From positions 10,050 to 74,049 of the forward strand of contig JAFSFC010000009.1 of NCBI GenBank assembly GCA_017435425.1: a DNA stretch of 64,000 nt, given 5' to 3'. The notes below the pieces were generated by a model. The model searched no databases, was not told where the DNA came from, and was given only the letters and a program-made list of their open reading frames with translations. Below, one piece after another: positions 46,114 through 54,601 of the stretch; position 1 is the stretch's first letter, and the number at the start of each line of letters is the position of its first letter. The translations under genes and the position numbers were made by a program. The stretch comes from Ruminiclostridium sp. (GTDB lineage: Bacteria; Bacillota; Clostridia; Oscillospirales; Oscillospiraceae).

Positions 46114-47634
46114 ATGCACCTGAGTCTGTTTCATATCATCGGCCTTTTGGCCACCATTCTTCTCATCATCTCCATCGGCGTCTACTCCGGCCGAAAGGTC
46201 AAGTCGGCGGCCGATTTTGCCAGCGGCGGCAGCAAGGCCGGGCCCTGGATCGTCTGCGGGGCCATCATGGGCACCCTGGTCAGCGGTCAGGCCACCATCG
46301 GCACTGCCCAGCTGGCTTTCTCCTATGGCCTGTCTGCCTGGTGGTTCACCCTGGGCTCGGGCATCGGCTGTCTGATCCTGGCCCTGGGCTTTGCCACTTC
46401 CTACCGGGAGAGCGGCTGCTCCACCCTCCTGCAGATCGTCTCCAAGGAATACGGAGGGCGGGCCGAGCGTCTGGGCAGCATCTTCTGTTCCGTCGGCATC
46501 TTCATCAGCGTGGTGGCCCAGGTCCTGTCTGCCACCGCCCTGCTCATCACCATCACCCCCATGGGGCACCTCACCGCTGCCATCTTCTCCATTGCCCTGA
46601 TGGCGGTGTACGTCATCTTCGGCGGTATGTGGGGGGCTGGCCTGGGTGGCGTGGCTAAGCTCGTTCTGCTTTATGGAGCCTCCATCCTGGGCGGCGTCCT
46701 GGTCTTCGGCCTCTCCGGCGGCCTGGGGGGACTCATGGACAGCATCCGCACCCTCCTGGAGGGGACCGCTCTGGGGGCCTTCAACGGCCTGACCGACGAG
46801 GTGGGCATCGGGGAGCGGTACACCTCCCTGGTGGCCCGGGGCGTGGGCAAGGACATTGGCTCCTGCGTCTCCCTGCTGCTGGGCGTTTTGTCCACCCAGA
46901 CCTACGCCCAGGCCATCTGGTCTGGCAAGACCCACAGGGCGGCCAAGAAGGGGGCCCTGCTCAGTGCCTTCCTGATCCCGCCCATCGGCATCGCCTGCAT
47001 CCTCATTGGCCTGTACATGAGAGGCCAGTGCATCACGGCTGATGAGATCGCAGCCCTCACGGCGGCGGGTCAGGCCATCCCGGAGGGTCTCATCCGCCTG
47101 GAGTCCACCTCCCAGGTCTTCCCCATGTTCGTGGTCCACTATATGCCCGACCTGGTGGGCGGTATCGTCCTGGGCACCCTCTTTATCACGGTGGTGGGAG
47201 GGGGTTCCGGCCTGGCTCTGGGCATGGCCTCCATCCTGGTCACCGATATCTTCCAGCCCCGGTGGCCTGGCATCAAGGCCTCCGGCAAGACCCTTCTGGT
47301 CTCCCGGTCCACCATCATGGTCATCCTGGTGGTTGCCGCCGGTGTGGCCGTCCTGGTACCCGGTGCCATGATCAACGACTTTGGCTTCCTTTCCATGGGC
47401 CTGCGGGGCGCCGTGGTCTTCCTGCCCATGTGCGGCGGCCTGTGGCTCAAGGGGAAGATCCCCGGCCGGTACGCCCTGGCCTCCATCATTGCCGGCCCCA
47501 TTGCCGTCCTGGCGGGCAAGTTCCTGGCCCTGTCCTTTGACCCCCTCTTTGTGGGTATGGCGGTCTGCCTGGTGATCATGGCCGCCGGGTATGTGGCCGG
47601 AAGGGCTGGAAAACCCAACAAAACTGTGGTATAA
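46114..47634 (+). CDS. Sodium:solute symporter family protein
   Basis: About 13 TM segments, DF..GG, GQATIGTAQLAF.YGLSAWWF and YVIFGGMWG. Confidence 0.9.
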   Translation: MHLSLFHIIGLLATILLIISIGVYSGRKVKSAADFASGGSKAGPWIVCGAIMGTLVSGQATIGTAQLAFSYGLSAWWFTLGSGIGCLILALGFATSYRESGCSTLLQIVSKEYGGRAERLGSIFCSVGIFISVVAQVLSATALLITITPMGHLTAAIFSIALMAVYVIFGGMWGAGLGGVAKLVLLYGASILGGVLVFGLSGGLGGLMDSIRTLLEGTALGAFNGLTDEVGIGERYTSLVARGVGKDIGSCVSLLLGVLSTQTYAQAIWSGKTHRAAKKGALLSAFLIPPIGIACILIGLYMRGQCITADEIAALTAAGQAIPEGLIRLESTSQVFPMFVVHYMPDLVGGIVLGTLFITVVGGGSGLALGMASILVTDIFQPRWPGIKASGKTLLVSRSTIMVILVVAAGVAVLVPGAMINDFGFLSMGLRGAVVFLPMCGGLWLKGKIPGRYALASIIAGPIAVLAGKFLALSFDPLFVGMAVCLVIMAAGYVAGRAGKPNKTVV

Positions 47635-47667
47635 TCAATCACTCAGATAAAAAAGGGAGTGCTGTGT

Positions 47668-48450
47668 ATGTTAGGTGCTATGATTGGCGACATCGTGGGT
47701 TCCGTCTACGAGTGGAACAACTGGAAAGACAAGCGGTTCAAGCTCTTTCACCCCCAGTGCCGCATGACCGACGACAGCGTCATGACGGCGGCGGTGGCCT
47801 CCGCCCTGCTGAGCAGTGACCTGACCGATTTGGAGATGTTCAAGGAGAACCTGGTGGCCGAGATGCACCGCTTCGGCAAGGCCTATCCCGGCCTGGGCTA
47901 CGGCCCCCGGTTCGAGAAGTGGCTGGTCCAGGGGAGCACCAAGCCCTACGGCAGTCTGGCCAACGGCAGCGCCATGCGGGTCTCTCCCGTGGCCTGGGTG
48001 GCCGAGACCATGGAGGAGTGCCTGGCCCTGGCCAAGGCCTCTGCGGAAGTGACCCACGACCACCCCGATGGCATTGCCGGTGCCCAGGCTCTGGCAGGTG
48101 CAGTCTTCCTGGCCAAGATGGGGGAGCGGAAAGAGGTCATCCGTGACTTTGTGGAGAACTATTACTCCCTGGACTTCACCCTGGACGGCATCCGGGAGGA
48201 GTACCAGTTTGATGTGTCCTGCGCCGGCAGTGTGCCCCAGGCCATCGTGGCCTTCCTGGAGGCCACCGGCTTCGAGGATGCCATCCGCAACGCTGTGTCC
48301 ATCGGCGGCGACAGCGACACCATCGCCTGTATGGCCGGCGCTGTGGCGGCTGCCTTCTACGGCATCCCCAAGGACATCCGGGAGGAGGCCGGTCCCTTCA
48401 TCGACGGCGAGGTCCGGAACGTCCTGGATCGCTTCACCCGTCTGTACTGA
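47668..48450 (+). CDS. ADP-ribosylglycohydrolase (DraG/ARH family)
   Basis: GAMIGDIVGS, TDDS, NGSAMRVSP, SAEVTH.HP and IGGDSDTIA. Confidence 0.92.
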   Translation: MLGAMIGDIVGSVYEWNNWKDKRFKLFHPQCRMTDDSVMTAAVASALLSSDLTDLEMFKENLVAEMHRFGKAYPGLGYGPRFEKWLVQGSTKPYGSLANGSAMRVSPVAWVAETMEECLALAKASAEVTHDHPDGIAGAQALAGAVFLAKMGERKEVIRDFVENYYSLDFTLDGIREEYQFDVSCAGSVPQAIVAFLEATGFEDAIRNAVSIGGDSDTIACMAGAVAAAFYGIPKDIREEAGPFIDGEVRNVLDRFTRLY

Positions 48451-48459
48451 GGTGGCCGG

Positions 48460-48936
48460 ATGAAGAACACCACCCTGTGCTATATCCAGCGGGAGGGGCA
48501 GTATCTCATGCTCCACCGGGTGAAAAAGAAGAATGATGTGAACCAGGACAAGTGGGTGGGCATCGGCGGCAAGTTTGAGGACAAGGAGAGCCCCGAAGAC
48601 TGCCTCCTGCGGGAAGTGCAGGAGGAGACCGGCCTGACCCTCACAAGCTACGCCTACCGGGGCCTGGTGACCTTTGTCTCCGACCAGTGGGAGACCGAAT
48701 ATATGCACCTGTTCACCGCCGATGCCTTCGAGGGGGAGATCGGTCCCTGCGACGAGGGAAACCTGGAGTGGGTGGACAAGGATAAGGTGAAGGCCTTGCC
48801 CATCTGGGTGGGGGACAAGATCTTCCTGGATCTGCTGACCCAGGAGGTCCCCTTCTTCTCCCTGAAACTGGCCTATGAAGGGGAGACCCTGGTGGAAGCT
48901 GTGCTGAATGGGCAGGAGCTTTCCACCCAGGTGTAA
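48460..48936 (+). CDS. NUDIX hydrolase, 8-oxo-dGTP diphosphatase-like
   Basis: GGKFEDKESPEDCLLREVQEETGL Nudix box and C.EG.LEW. Confidence 0.88.
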   Translation: MKNTTLCYIQREGQYLMLHRVKKKNDVNQDKWVGIGGKFEDKESPEDCLLREVQEETGLTLTSYAYRGLVTFVSDQWETEYMHLFTADAFEGEIGPCDEGNLEWVDKDKVKALPIWVGDKIFLDLLTQEVPFFSLKLAYEGETLVEAVLNGQELSTQV

Positions 48937-48946
48937 AGCTCTGCCA

Positions 48947-49225
48947 ATGATATATTCCCTGCTGGGAATATGATGTCCTTCCTTCGGAAGGATGATGTAT
49001 CGCTGGCGCGATATGATGTGTGCCTGGGGCACATTGTGGTATCACTGCGTGATGATTAAAATGAGAAAGGACGATGTCCGCCAAAGGCGGATATCGTCCT
49101 TTTCCGTCATATTTTCGAAGAAAATACATCATAGGCAAAGCCTGCATCATACGCCGTCAGGCGTACATCATCCATTTGCCATGCAAATGGACATCATTGC
49201 TGTGAGCCGAAGGCTCACAGCAGTG
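48947..49225. repeat. Mirror-symmetric TGATG/CATCA-punctuated hairpin array
   Basis: About 5 hairpins separated by TGAT(G), a central long hairpin with A/T tails, then about 5 hairpins separated by CATCA. Confidence 0.85.
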
Positions 49226-49643
49226 CTTCTATCTGAGACTCCCCATACACCGTCAGGCCCAGCTCCTTTAGGGCCCGGGCGGTGAGACCGTCCCCGGCCA
49301 CCAATGTTTTGGTGAAGGTGCCGTCGTAGACCTGACCACAGCCGCAGGAGGGGCTGCGCTCCTTCAGCAGGGCGGCGGTGCAGCCGGTGACCTGGGCCAG
49401 GCGGGCCACTTCCCGGGCACCCCGGGTGAATTCCTGGGTGACCTCCCGGCCCTCCCTGTTCACCACCCGGTCTCCCACGATCTCTGCCGGGACTCTGGGG
49501 GTGGAGAGACCCCCGAAGACCTCGGCGCAGGCGGGGATGCACTCATGGCGGGCCAGAAGCTCCTTCAGCTGGGGCAGCTGGTTGCTCTTGCCGTCGTACC
49601 GGCAGCCCACCCCCATGAGGCAGGCGCTCACCAACAGACGCAT
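49215..49643 (-). CDS. DUF523 family protein (TudS-like thio-nucleobase desulfurase family)
   Basis: VSACLMGVGCRYDG, CAEV.GGL.TPR and LKERSPSCG. Confidence 0.88.
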   Translation of the reverse strand: MRLLVSACLMGVGCRYDGKSNQLPQLKELLARHECIPACAEVFGGLSTPRVPAEIVGDRVVNREGREVTQEFTRGAREVARLAQVTGCTAALLKERSPSCGCGQVYDGTFTKTLVAGDGLTARALKELGLTVYGESQIEALL

Positions 49644-49647
49644 GGCC

Positions 49648-49998
49648 TTACTTCAGGGCGGCTTCCCAGTCGGCTTCCTTGAAGCCCACCAGGACTTTGC
49701 CCTCGGCCACCACCAGGGGACGCTTCACCAGCATACCGTCGGAGGCCAGCAGGGCGAACTGCTCCTCCTCAGACATGTCCTTGAGCTTCTTGGACAGCTC
49801 CATGGACCGGTACAGCTGGCCGCTGGTGTTGAAGAACTTCTTCAGGGGCAGGCCGCTCCGGGCGTGCCAGTCCTTCAGCTCGGCCAGGGTGGGGTTGTCC
49901 TCTTTGATGTCACGGAAGGTGTAGCCCACCTGGTTCTCGTCCAGCCACTTCTGGGCCTTCTTGCAGGTGGTGCAGCGGGGATAGCAGACAAACAGCAT
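49648..49998 (-). CDS. ArsC/Spx/YffB-family thioredoxin-fold protein
   Basis: CYPRCTTCKKA, FFNTSG..YR and LVKRP. Confidence 0.9.
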   Translation of the reverse strand: MLFVCYPRCTTCKKAQKWLDENQVGYTFRDIKEDNPTLAELKDWHARSGLPLKKFFNTSGQLYRSMELSKKLKDMSEEEQFALLASDGMLVKRPLVVAEGKVLVGFKEADWEAALK

Positions 49999-50113
49999 GG
50001 TGTATACCTCCTTGGTTTCTTCCTTGAAACTATCATAAAGGAGGACGGGGAGAATTGCAATCTTTTTCCCTTCGTGGTAAAATATAACCATCTGTAGAAA
50101 GGGGGGAAGCCCC

Positions 50114-51217
50114 GTGAAGAAAAAATTCCTGGCTCTGGTCTGCACCCTGGCTCTGGTGCTCACCCTGCTGCCGGGCTCCGCCTCGGCCTCGGGTCTGTTC
50201 TTCCTGGGCCTCAACGACACCCTCATGCCCCAGTCCGGCCAGCTCACTCCCATTCAGTCGGGCGGCTGGGTGTATGTCCCTGCCTCTGTGTTCAACAACC
50301 GGGTCACGGGGATCAATTTTGGTGTGTACTACGGTTTTACCGACAACAATGAGAGCATCATTTTCTATAATCTCTCTGGCAAGAAGATGACCTTCAACCT
50401 GACCGACGGCACAGCCGCCGCCGATGGTTCCGCCCCGCCGGTCCCCTCCAAGGTCATCATCCGAGGGGGGGCCTACTATGTGCCGGCCTATGCCATCTGC
50501 CGGTACTTCGGCCTGACCTACTCCTTCGAGACCACCGCATACGGCCCCTTCCTGCGGATCAAGGACGGCCGGGCGGTCCTCCACGACTCCCTGTTCATCA
50601 ACTCCTGCGAGCCCACCATGCAGAGCCGCTACAATGCCTATCAGCAGAGCATTGCCCCGCCGCCGGAGGAAGTGGTAAAGCCTGCGCAGCCGGATAAGCC
50701 CGCCCCCAAGTTCTCCCTGTACCTGGGGATCCGGGGGGCATCCGGGACCGATCTCACCGCCCTCTTCAACGGCCTGGCCAACGTACGGGCTACCGCCCTG
50801 GTCTTTTTCCCGGCGGATGCCGTGGCTGACTGCGCCGACCAGATCCGTCAGGCCGCCGGCCGGGGCCACCGGGTGGGCCTGATCCCTGTGGGGGACAGCG
50901 CCGAAGCCCGCCTGCAAAGCGTTCAGAAGGGGGCCGGCCTGGTGGAGAAGATCATCCGCCAGGAGGTCTGGTTCGTTCTGGGCAGTGACCAGGCCCTCAC
51001 CGATGCCGGTTATCTGTGCTGGACGGCGGGCCACAACGTGGCGGCCTCCGGCACGGCCACCCAGCTCTACGACAGCATCGTGAAATACGGGGAAAACCGC
51101 AAGAGCGTCCGCATCCTCCTGGACGGCCGGGCCAGCGGGGCCAACCTGTCCGGCGCCCTGCGGCAGCTCTCCCAGGATGGGGACACCTTCCTGGCCCCCC
51201 GGGAGACGAGATATTAA
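50114..51217 (+). CDS. Secreted protein with a C-terminal degenerate polysaccharide deacetylase (NodB)-like domain
   Basis: GTG start and signal peptide. The N-domain has YVP...F and YYVPAY..C.YFGL motifs (copper amine oxidase N-domain-like). The C-domain has NodB spacing without the D-H-H residues. Confidence 0.6.
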   Translation: MKKKFLALVCTLALVLTLLPGSASASGLFFLGLNDTLMPQSGQLTPIQSGGWVYVPASVFNNRVTGINFGVYYGFTDNNESIIFYNLSGKKMTFNLTDGTAAADGSAPPVPSKVIIRGGAYYVPAYAICRYFGLTYSFETTAYGPFLRIKDGRAVLHDSLFINSCEPTMQSRYNAYQQSIAPPPEEVVKPAQPDKPAPKFSLYLGIRGASGTDLTALFNGLANVRATALVFFPADAVADCADQIRQAAGRGHRVGLIPVGDSAEARLQSVQKGAGLVEKIIRQEVWFVLGSDQALTDAGYLCWTAGHNVAASGTATQLYDSIVKYGENRKSVRILLDGRASGANLSGALRQLSQDGDTFLAPRETRY

Positions 51218-51360
51218 AAATTTACAAAAATGATTGCAAAAGTTATTTAACTGTGATATAATCGGAATAAGAAAGCAGAAGGCACCGTGCACCCTTGGAC
51301 CACCGGCCCAGAGGATGGGCGGTGCCTTTTCGGTTATGGAGTGACAAAAGGAGGACCGCC

Positions 51361-52623
51361 ATGAAAAAGAGATTGATATCCTTGAGCCTGTCCCTGGTTC
51401 TGGCCCTTGGTCTTGCCGTCCCCGCCGGGGCTGTGATGGGGGAAGCGGGGACCATCGCTGTCAGCGGAAGCCTGTCCGCCGCCGTGGACGAAAACGGAAC
51501 CTTGTACACCTGGGGCCTGAACAACTACGGCCAGCTGGGCAGTGACAACCAGGCCAACTCGGAGGACGAGTACGGCACCCCGGAGCAGACCGTTCCCCTG
51601 GCTGTCCTGGAGGACGTGAAGGCTGTGGCCCTGGGGGACTTCCACGGGGCAGCCATTAAGGAAGACGGCACATTATGGACCTGGGGCTGCAACGACAACG
51701 GCCAGGTAGGGAAGAAGAAGGTCAACGACAAGGACGTCATGTGGTACAGGGCCAGGATCCTTCCTCGTCGCCTGGTGACCCCTTACCAGTCTGTTCCCGT
51801 TCAGATCATGGAGGACGTGGCCAAGGTTTCCGCCGGGGACTACTTCACCGCCGCAGTGAAAACGGATGGCACCCTGTGGACCTGGGGTTCCAACTGGCAC
51901 GGGGAGCTGGGCAACAACCACGAGAAGGACCATAGGGCCAAGGTTGGAGCCTGCCGAAAGGAGCCCACCTTTATTATGGAAGGCGTGGCCGACGTGGCTT
52001 GTGGCTCTTGGCACACTCTGATCCTGAAAACCGACGGCACCCTGTGGGCCTGCGGCAGCAACGAGAGTGGTCAGCTGGGCATTAAAGAGGTGGCCGACCA
52101 GGTGGTACCGGTTCAGGTGATGACCGATGTGGCGGCCATCGCCGCCGGGGGAGTCTACTCTGCCGCCATTAAGACCGATGGGACTTTATGGACCTGGGGA
52201 GATAACGAATATGCCCAGCTGGGTACCGGAGACACCAGACCCCGCAGTATGCCCGTTCAGGTCATGGAGGACGTGGCTCAGGTGAGTCTGGGAACCTATC
52301 ACACCTTTGTGATTAAGACCGACGGCACCCTCTGGGGCTGGGGTTGGGACCGATTCAACCAGCTTGGCACCGGTCAGCCCCTGGCAGGGGAGGTCCAGCG
52401 GTACACGAAGGAACCTGCCCAGGTGATGACGGATGCGGCTCTGGTGGATGCCGGGACCTGGTCTACCCTGGCGGTGAAGACCGACGGGACCCTGTGGACC
52501 TGGGGCAGTGATACGTCCGGCCAGTTGGGCACCGGCGGCAAAGGTGACCTGACTGACGAAGAAGGCGATTCCGTCCAATCCGTGCCAGTGATGCTGGAGG
52601 AACTGAAGGTGAAACTGCCTTGA
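51361..52623 (+). CDS. Secreted RCC1-repeat (beta-propeller) protein
   Basis: Signal peptide and about 7 repeats of type IKTDGTLWTWG.N..GQLG. Confidence 0.9.
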   Translation: MKKRLISLSLSLVLALGLAVPAGAVMGEAGTIAVSGSLSAAVDENGTLYTWGLNNYGQLGSDNQANSEDEYGTPEQTVPLAVLEDVKAVALGDFHGAAIKEDGTLWTWGCNDNGQVGKKKVNDKDVMWYRARILPRRLVTPYQSVPVQIMEDVAKVSAGDYFTAAVKTDGTLWTWGSNWHGELGNNHEKDHRAKVGACRKEPTFIMEGVADVACGSWHTLILKTDGTLWACGSNESGQLGIKEVADQVVPVQVMTDVAAIAAGGVYSAAIKTDGTLWTWGDNEYAQLGTGDTRPRSMPVQVMEDVAQVSLGTYHTFVIKTDGTLWGWGWDRFNQLGTGQPLAGEVQRYTKEPAQVMTDAALVDAGTWSTLAVKTDGTLWTWGSDTSGQLGTGGKGDLTDEEGDSVQSVPVMLEELKVKLP

Positions 52624-52648
52624 CCAACGTGGTTCCGATCTGCGACGC

Positions 52649-52778
52649 TACAATCCCCCAGTCATGGCTGCGCCATGCCAGCCCCCTTTGCACAAGTGGG
52701 CCTTGAGGTTGGTACTTGCCTCTGCCTCCCTTGTGTAAAGGGAGGTGGCTCGCCGTCAGGCGAGACGGAGGGATTGTA
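52649..52778. repeat. Intergenic palindromic repeat family M, copy 4
   Basis: tacaatcccccagtc...ccttgtgtaaagggaggtggctcgccgtcaggcgagacggagggattgta. Confidence 0.85.
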
Positions 52779-53001
52779 AACCCGAAGGGCAGTTCTCACG
52801 TTTGAATTATGTCCGAACAATATGCACACAAACACCCGCCGGAAGTCGGGTGTTTGTTGTTGTTTTGACGAAAATCTGTTTTTGACGAAAAAATTGCAAA
52901 AAGGGGTTGCAATCTCTCCGTGATATGTTATTATGTTAGTGCTTTAGTACGATAGAGTATTGAACCAACTCTACCAGATTTCTTTTAGGAGTGTTAAAAT
53001 T

Positions 53002-53817
53002 ATGAAGAAGTATCTTGCTCTGATTCTGGCTCTGGCAATGAGCTGCTCCCTGCTGACCGCTTGCGGCGGCGGCGAGGAACCCGCACCCGCAGAAGACACC
53101 GCTGAAGAGACCGCTCTGGTCTACGCTGTTGAGGCTGGCTCCGCCGGCGAAGCAGTGGCAGCTGAGAACGGCTTTGACTACAACTCCGTGGCTTCCCAGG
53201 CTGACGCTCTGATGGAAGTTGCCTCCGGCACCTCTGATGCCGCTATCATCGACCTGCTGATGGCAGGCGCCATGATCGGCGAAGGCACCAGCTATCCCGA
53301 CCTGATCACCGGCGAAGAGCTGACCACCGAAGAGTACGGCGCAGGCTGCCGCCTGGAGTCCGACCTGACCGCTTACATCAACTGGGTCATGGCTGAGGCT
53401 TATGCAGACGGCACCATGCAGACCATCGCTGAGACCTACGGCGTCCAGGCTGCTCTGGTGGAGCAGGCTGCTATGGAAGAACCCGAGATCGCTGCTGACG
53501 GCGACATCGCTTACATCCAGGACAAGGGCGTTCTGGTGGTTGGCATCACCGACTTCGCTCCCATGGACTACAAGGACGAGGCTGGCGAGTGGATCGGCTT
53601 CGACGCTGACATGGCTCGACTGGTTGCCGAAAAGCTGGGCGTTGAGATCCAGTTCGTGGAGATCGACTGGGACACCAAGATCATGGAGCTGGATTCCAAG
53701 AGCATCGACGTGGTTTGGAACGGCATGACCCTGACCGCAGAAGTCACCGCAGCTATGAACTGCACCAACGCTTACTGCAACAACGCACAGGTCGTTGTTC
53801 TGCCCGCAGCTGAATAA
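53002..53817 (+). CDS. Polar amino acid ABC transporter substrate-binding lipoprotein, circularly permuted
   Basis: Lipobox LTAC; the SBP_bac_3 C-half precedes the N-half. Confidence 0.9.
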   Translation: MKKYLALILALAMSCSLLTACGGGEEPAPAEDTAEETALVYAVEAGSAGEAVAAENGFDYNSVASQADALMEVASGTSDAAIIDLLMAGAMIGEGTSYPDLITGEELTTEEYGAGCRLESDLTAYINWVMAEAYADGTMQTIAETYGVQAALVEQAAMEEPEIAADGDIAYIQDKGVLVVGITDFAPMDYKDEAGEWIGFDADMARLVAEKLGVEIQFVEIDWDTKIMELDSKSIDVVWNGMTLTAEVTAAMNCTNAYCNNAQVVVLPAAE

Positions 53818-53935
53818 GAAATACACGACAAACGTCTTCCTTCCTGAACAGAACAAGCCAAAGGCAGAGAGGTCTCCTCTCTGCCTTTGACTGGCGTATA
53901 GAGAGATTGCAAGAAACACACGAGGAGTGTCCACC

Positions 53936-54589
53936 ATGCTTTGGAACGTTACAACCACCCTGCTCGGCGGTCTTGCCACCACCGTTGAGATCTTCTTTCT
54001 GACCCTGCTGTTTGCCCTGCCTCTGGGTCTGATCATCGCCTTTGGCACCATGACCAAATTCACCCCCATCCGCTGGCTGTGCAACGCCCTGGTCTGGGTG
54101 GTGAGAGGCACCCCCCTGATGCTGCAGCTCATCGGCTTCTTCTACATCCCCGGTATCCTGGGCCTGCACATCTGGCCCGGCGGTGACCCCGGCCGTATGA
54201 TGGCCACCGTCGTTGCCTTTTCCCTCAACTACGCCTGCTACTTCTCGGTCATCTACCGGGGCGGTATCCAGGGCGTGCCTATTGGTCAGCGGGAGGCCGG
54301 CGAGGTCCTGGGCATGACCAAGAGCCAGATCTTCTTCAAGATCACCCTCATGCAGATGATCAAGCGCATCGTGCCCCCCATGTCCAACGAGATCATCACC
54401 CTGGTCAAGGACACCTCCCTGGCCCGTATCATCGCCGTCTACGAGCTGACCTTCACCGGCTTCTCCTTCATGAAGTCCGCCGGTCTGGTCTGGCCCCTGT
54501 TCTACACCGGCGTGTTCTACCTGCTCTTCGTGGGCATCCTGACCATCTTCTTCAACTACTTAGAGCGCAAGCTCGACTACTTCAGATAA
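53936..54589 (+). CDS. Polar amino acid ABC transporter permease
   Basis: RGTPLMLQL, GQREAG..LGM and LVKDTSL. Confidence 0.93.
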   Translation: MLWNVTTTLLGGLATTVEIFFLTLLFALPLGLIIAFGTMTKFTPIRWLCNALVWVVRGTPLMLQLIGFFYIPGILGLHIWPGGDPGRMMATVVAFSLNYACYFSVIYRGGIQGVPIGQREAGEVLGMTKSQIFFKITLMQMIKRIVPPMSNEIITLVKDTSLARIIAVYELTFTGFSFMKSAGLVWPLFYTGVFYLLFVGILTIFFNYLERKLDYFR

Positions 54590-54601
54590 GGAGGGGCATC
54601 C

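Noticed and set aside
52850-52885. Twice-repeated ttttgacgaaaa upstream of the amino acid ABC operon, CodY-like
   Set aside because: It does not fit the CodY or ARG-box consensus cleanly; it may be an operator but cannot be supported.
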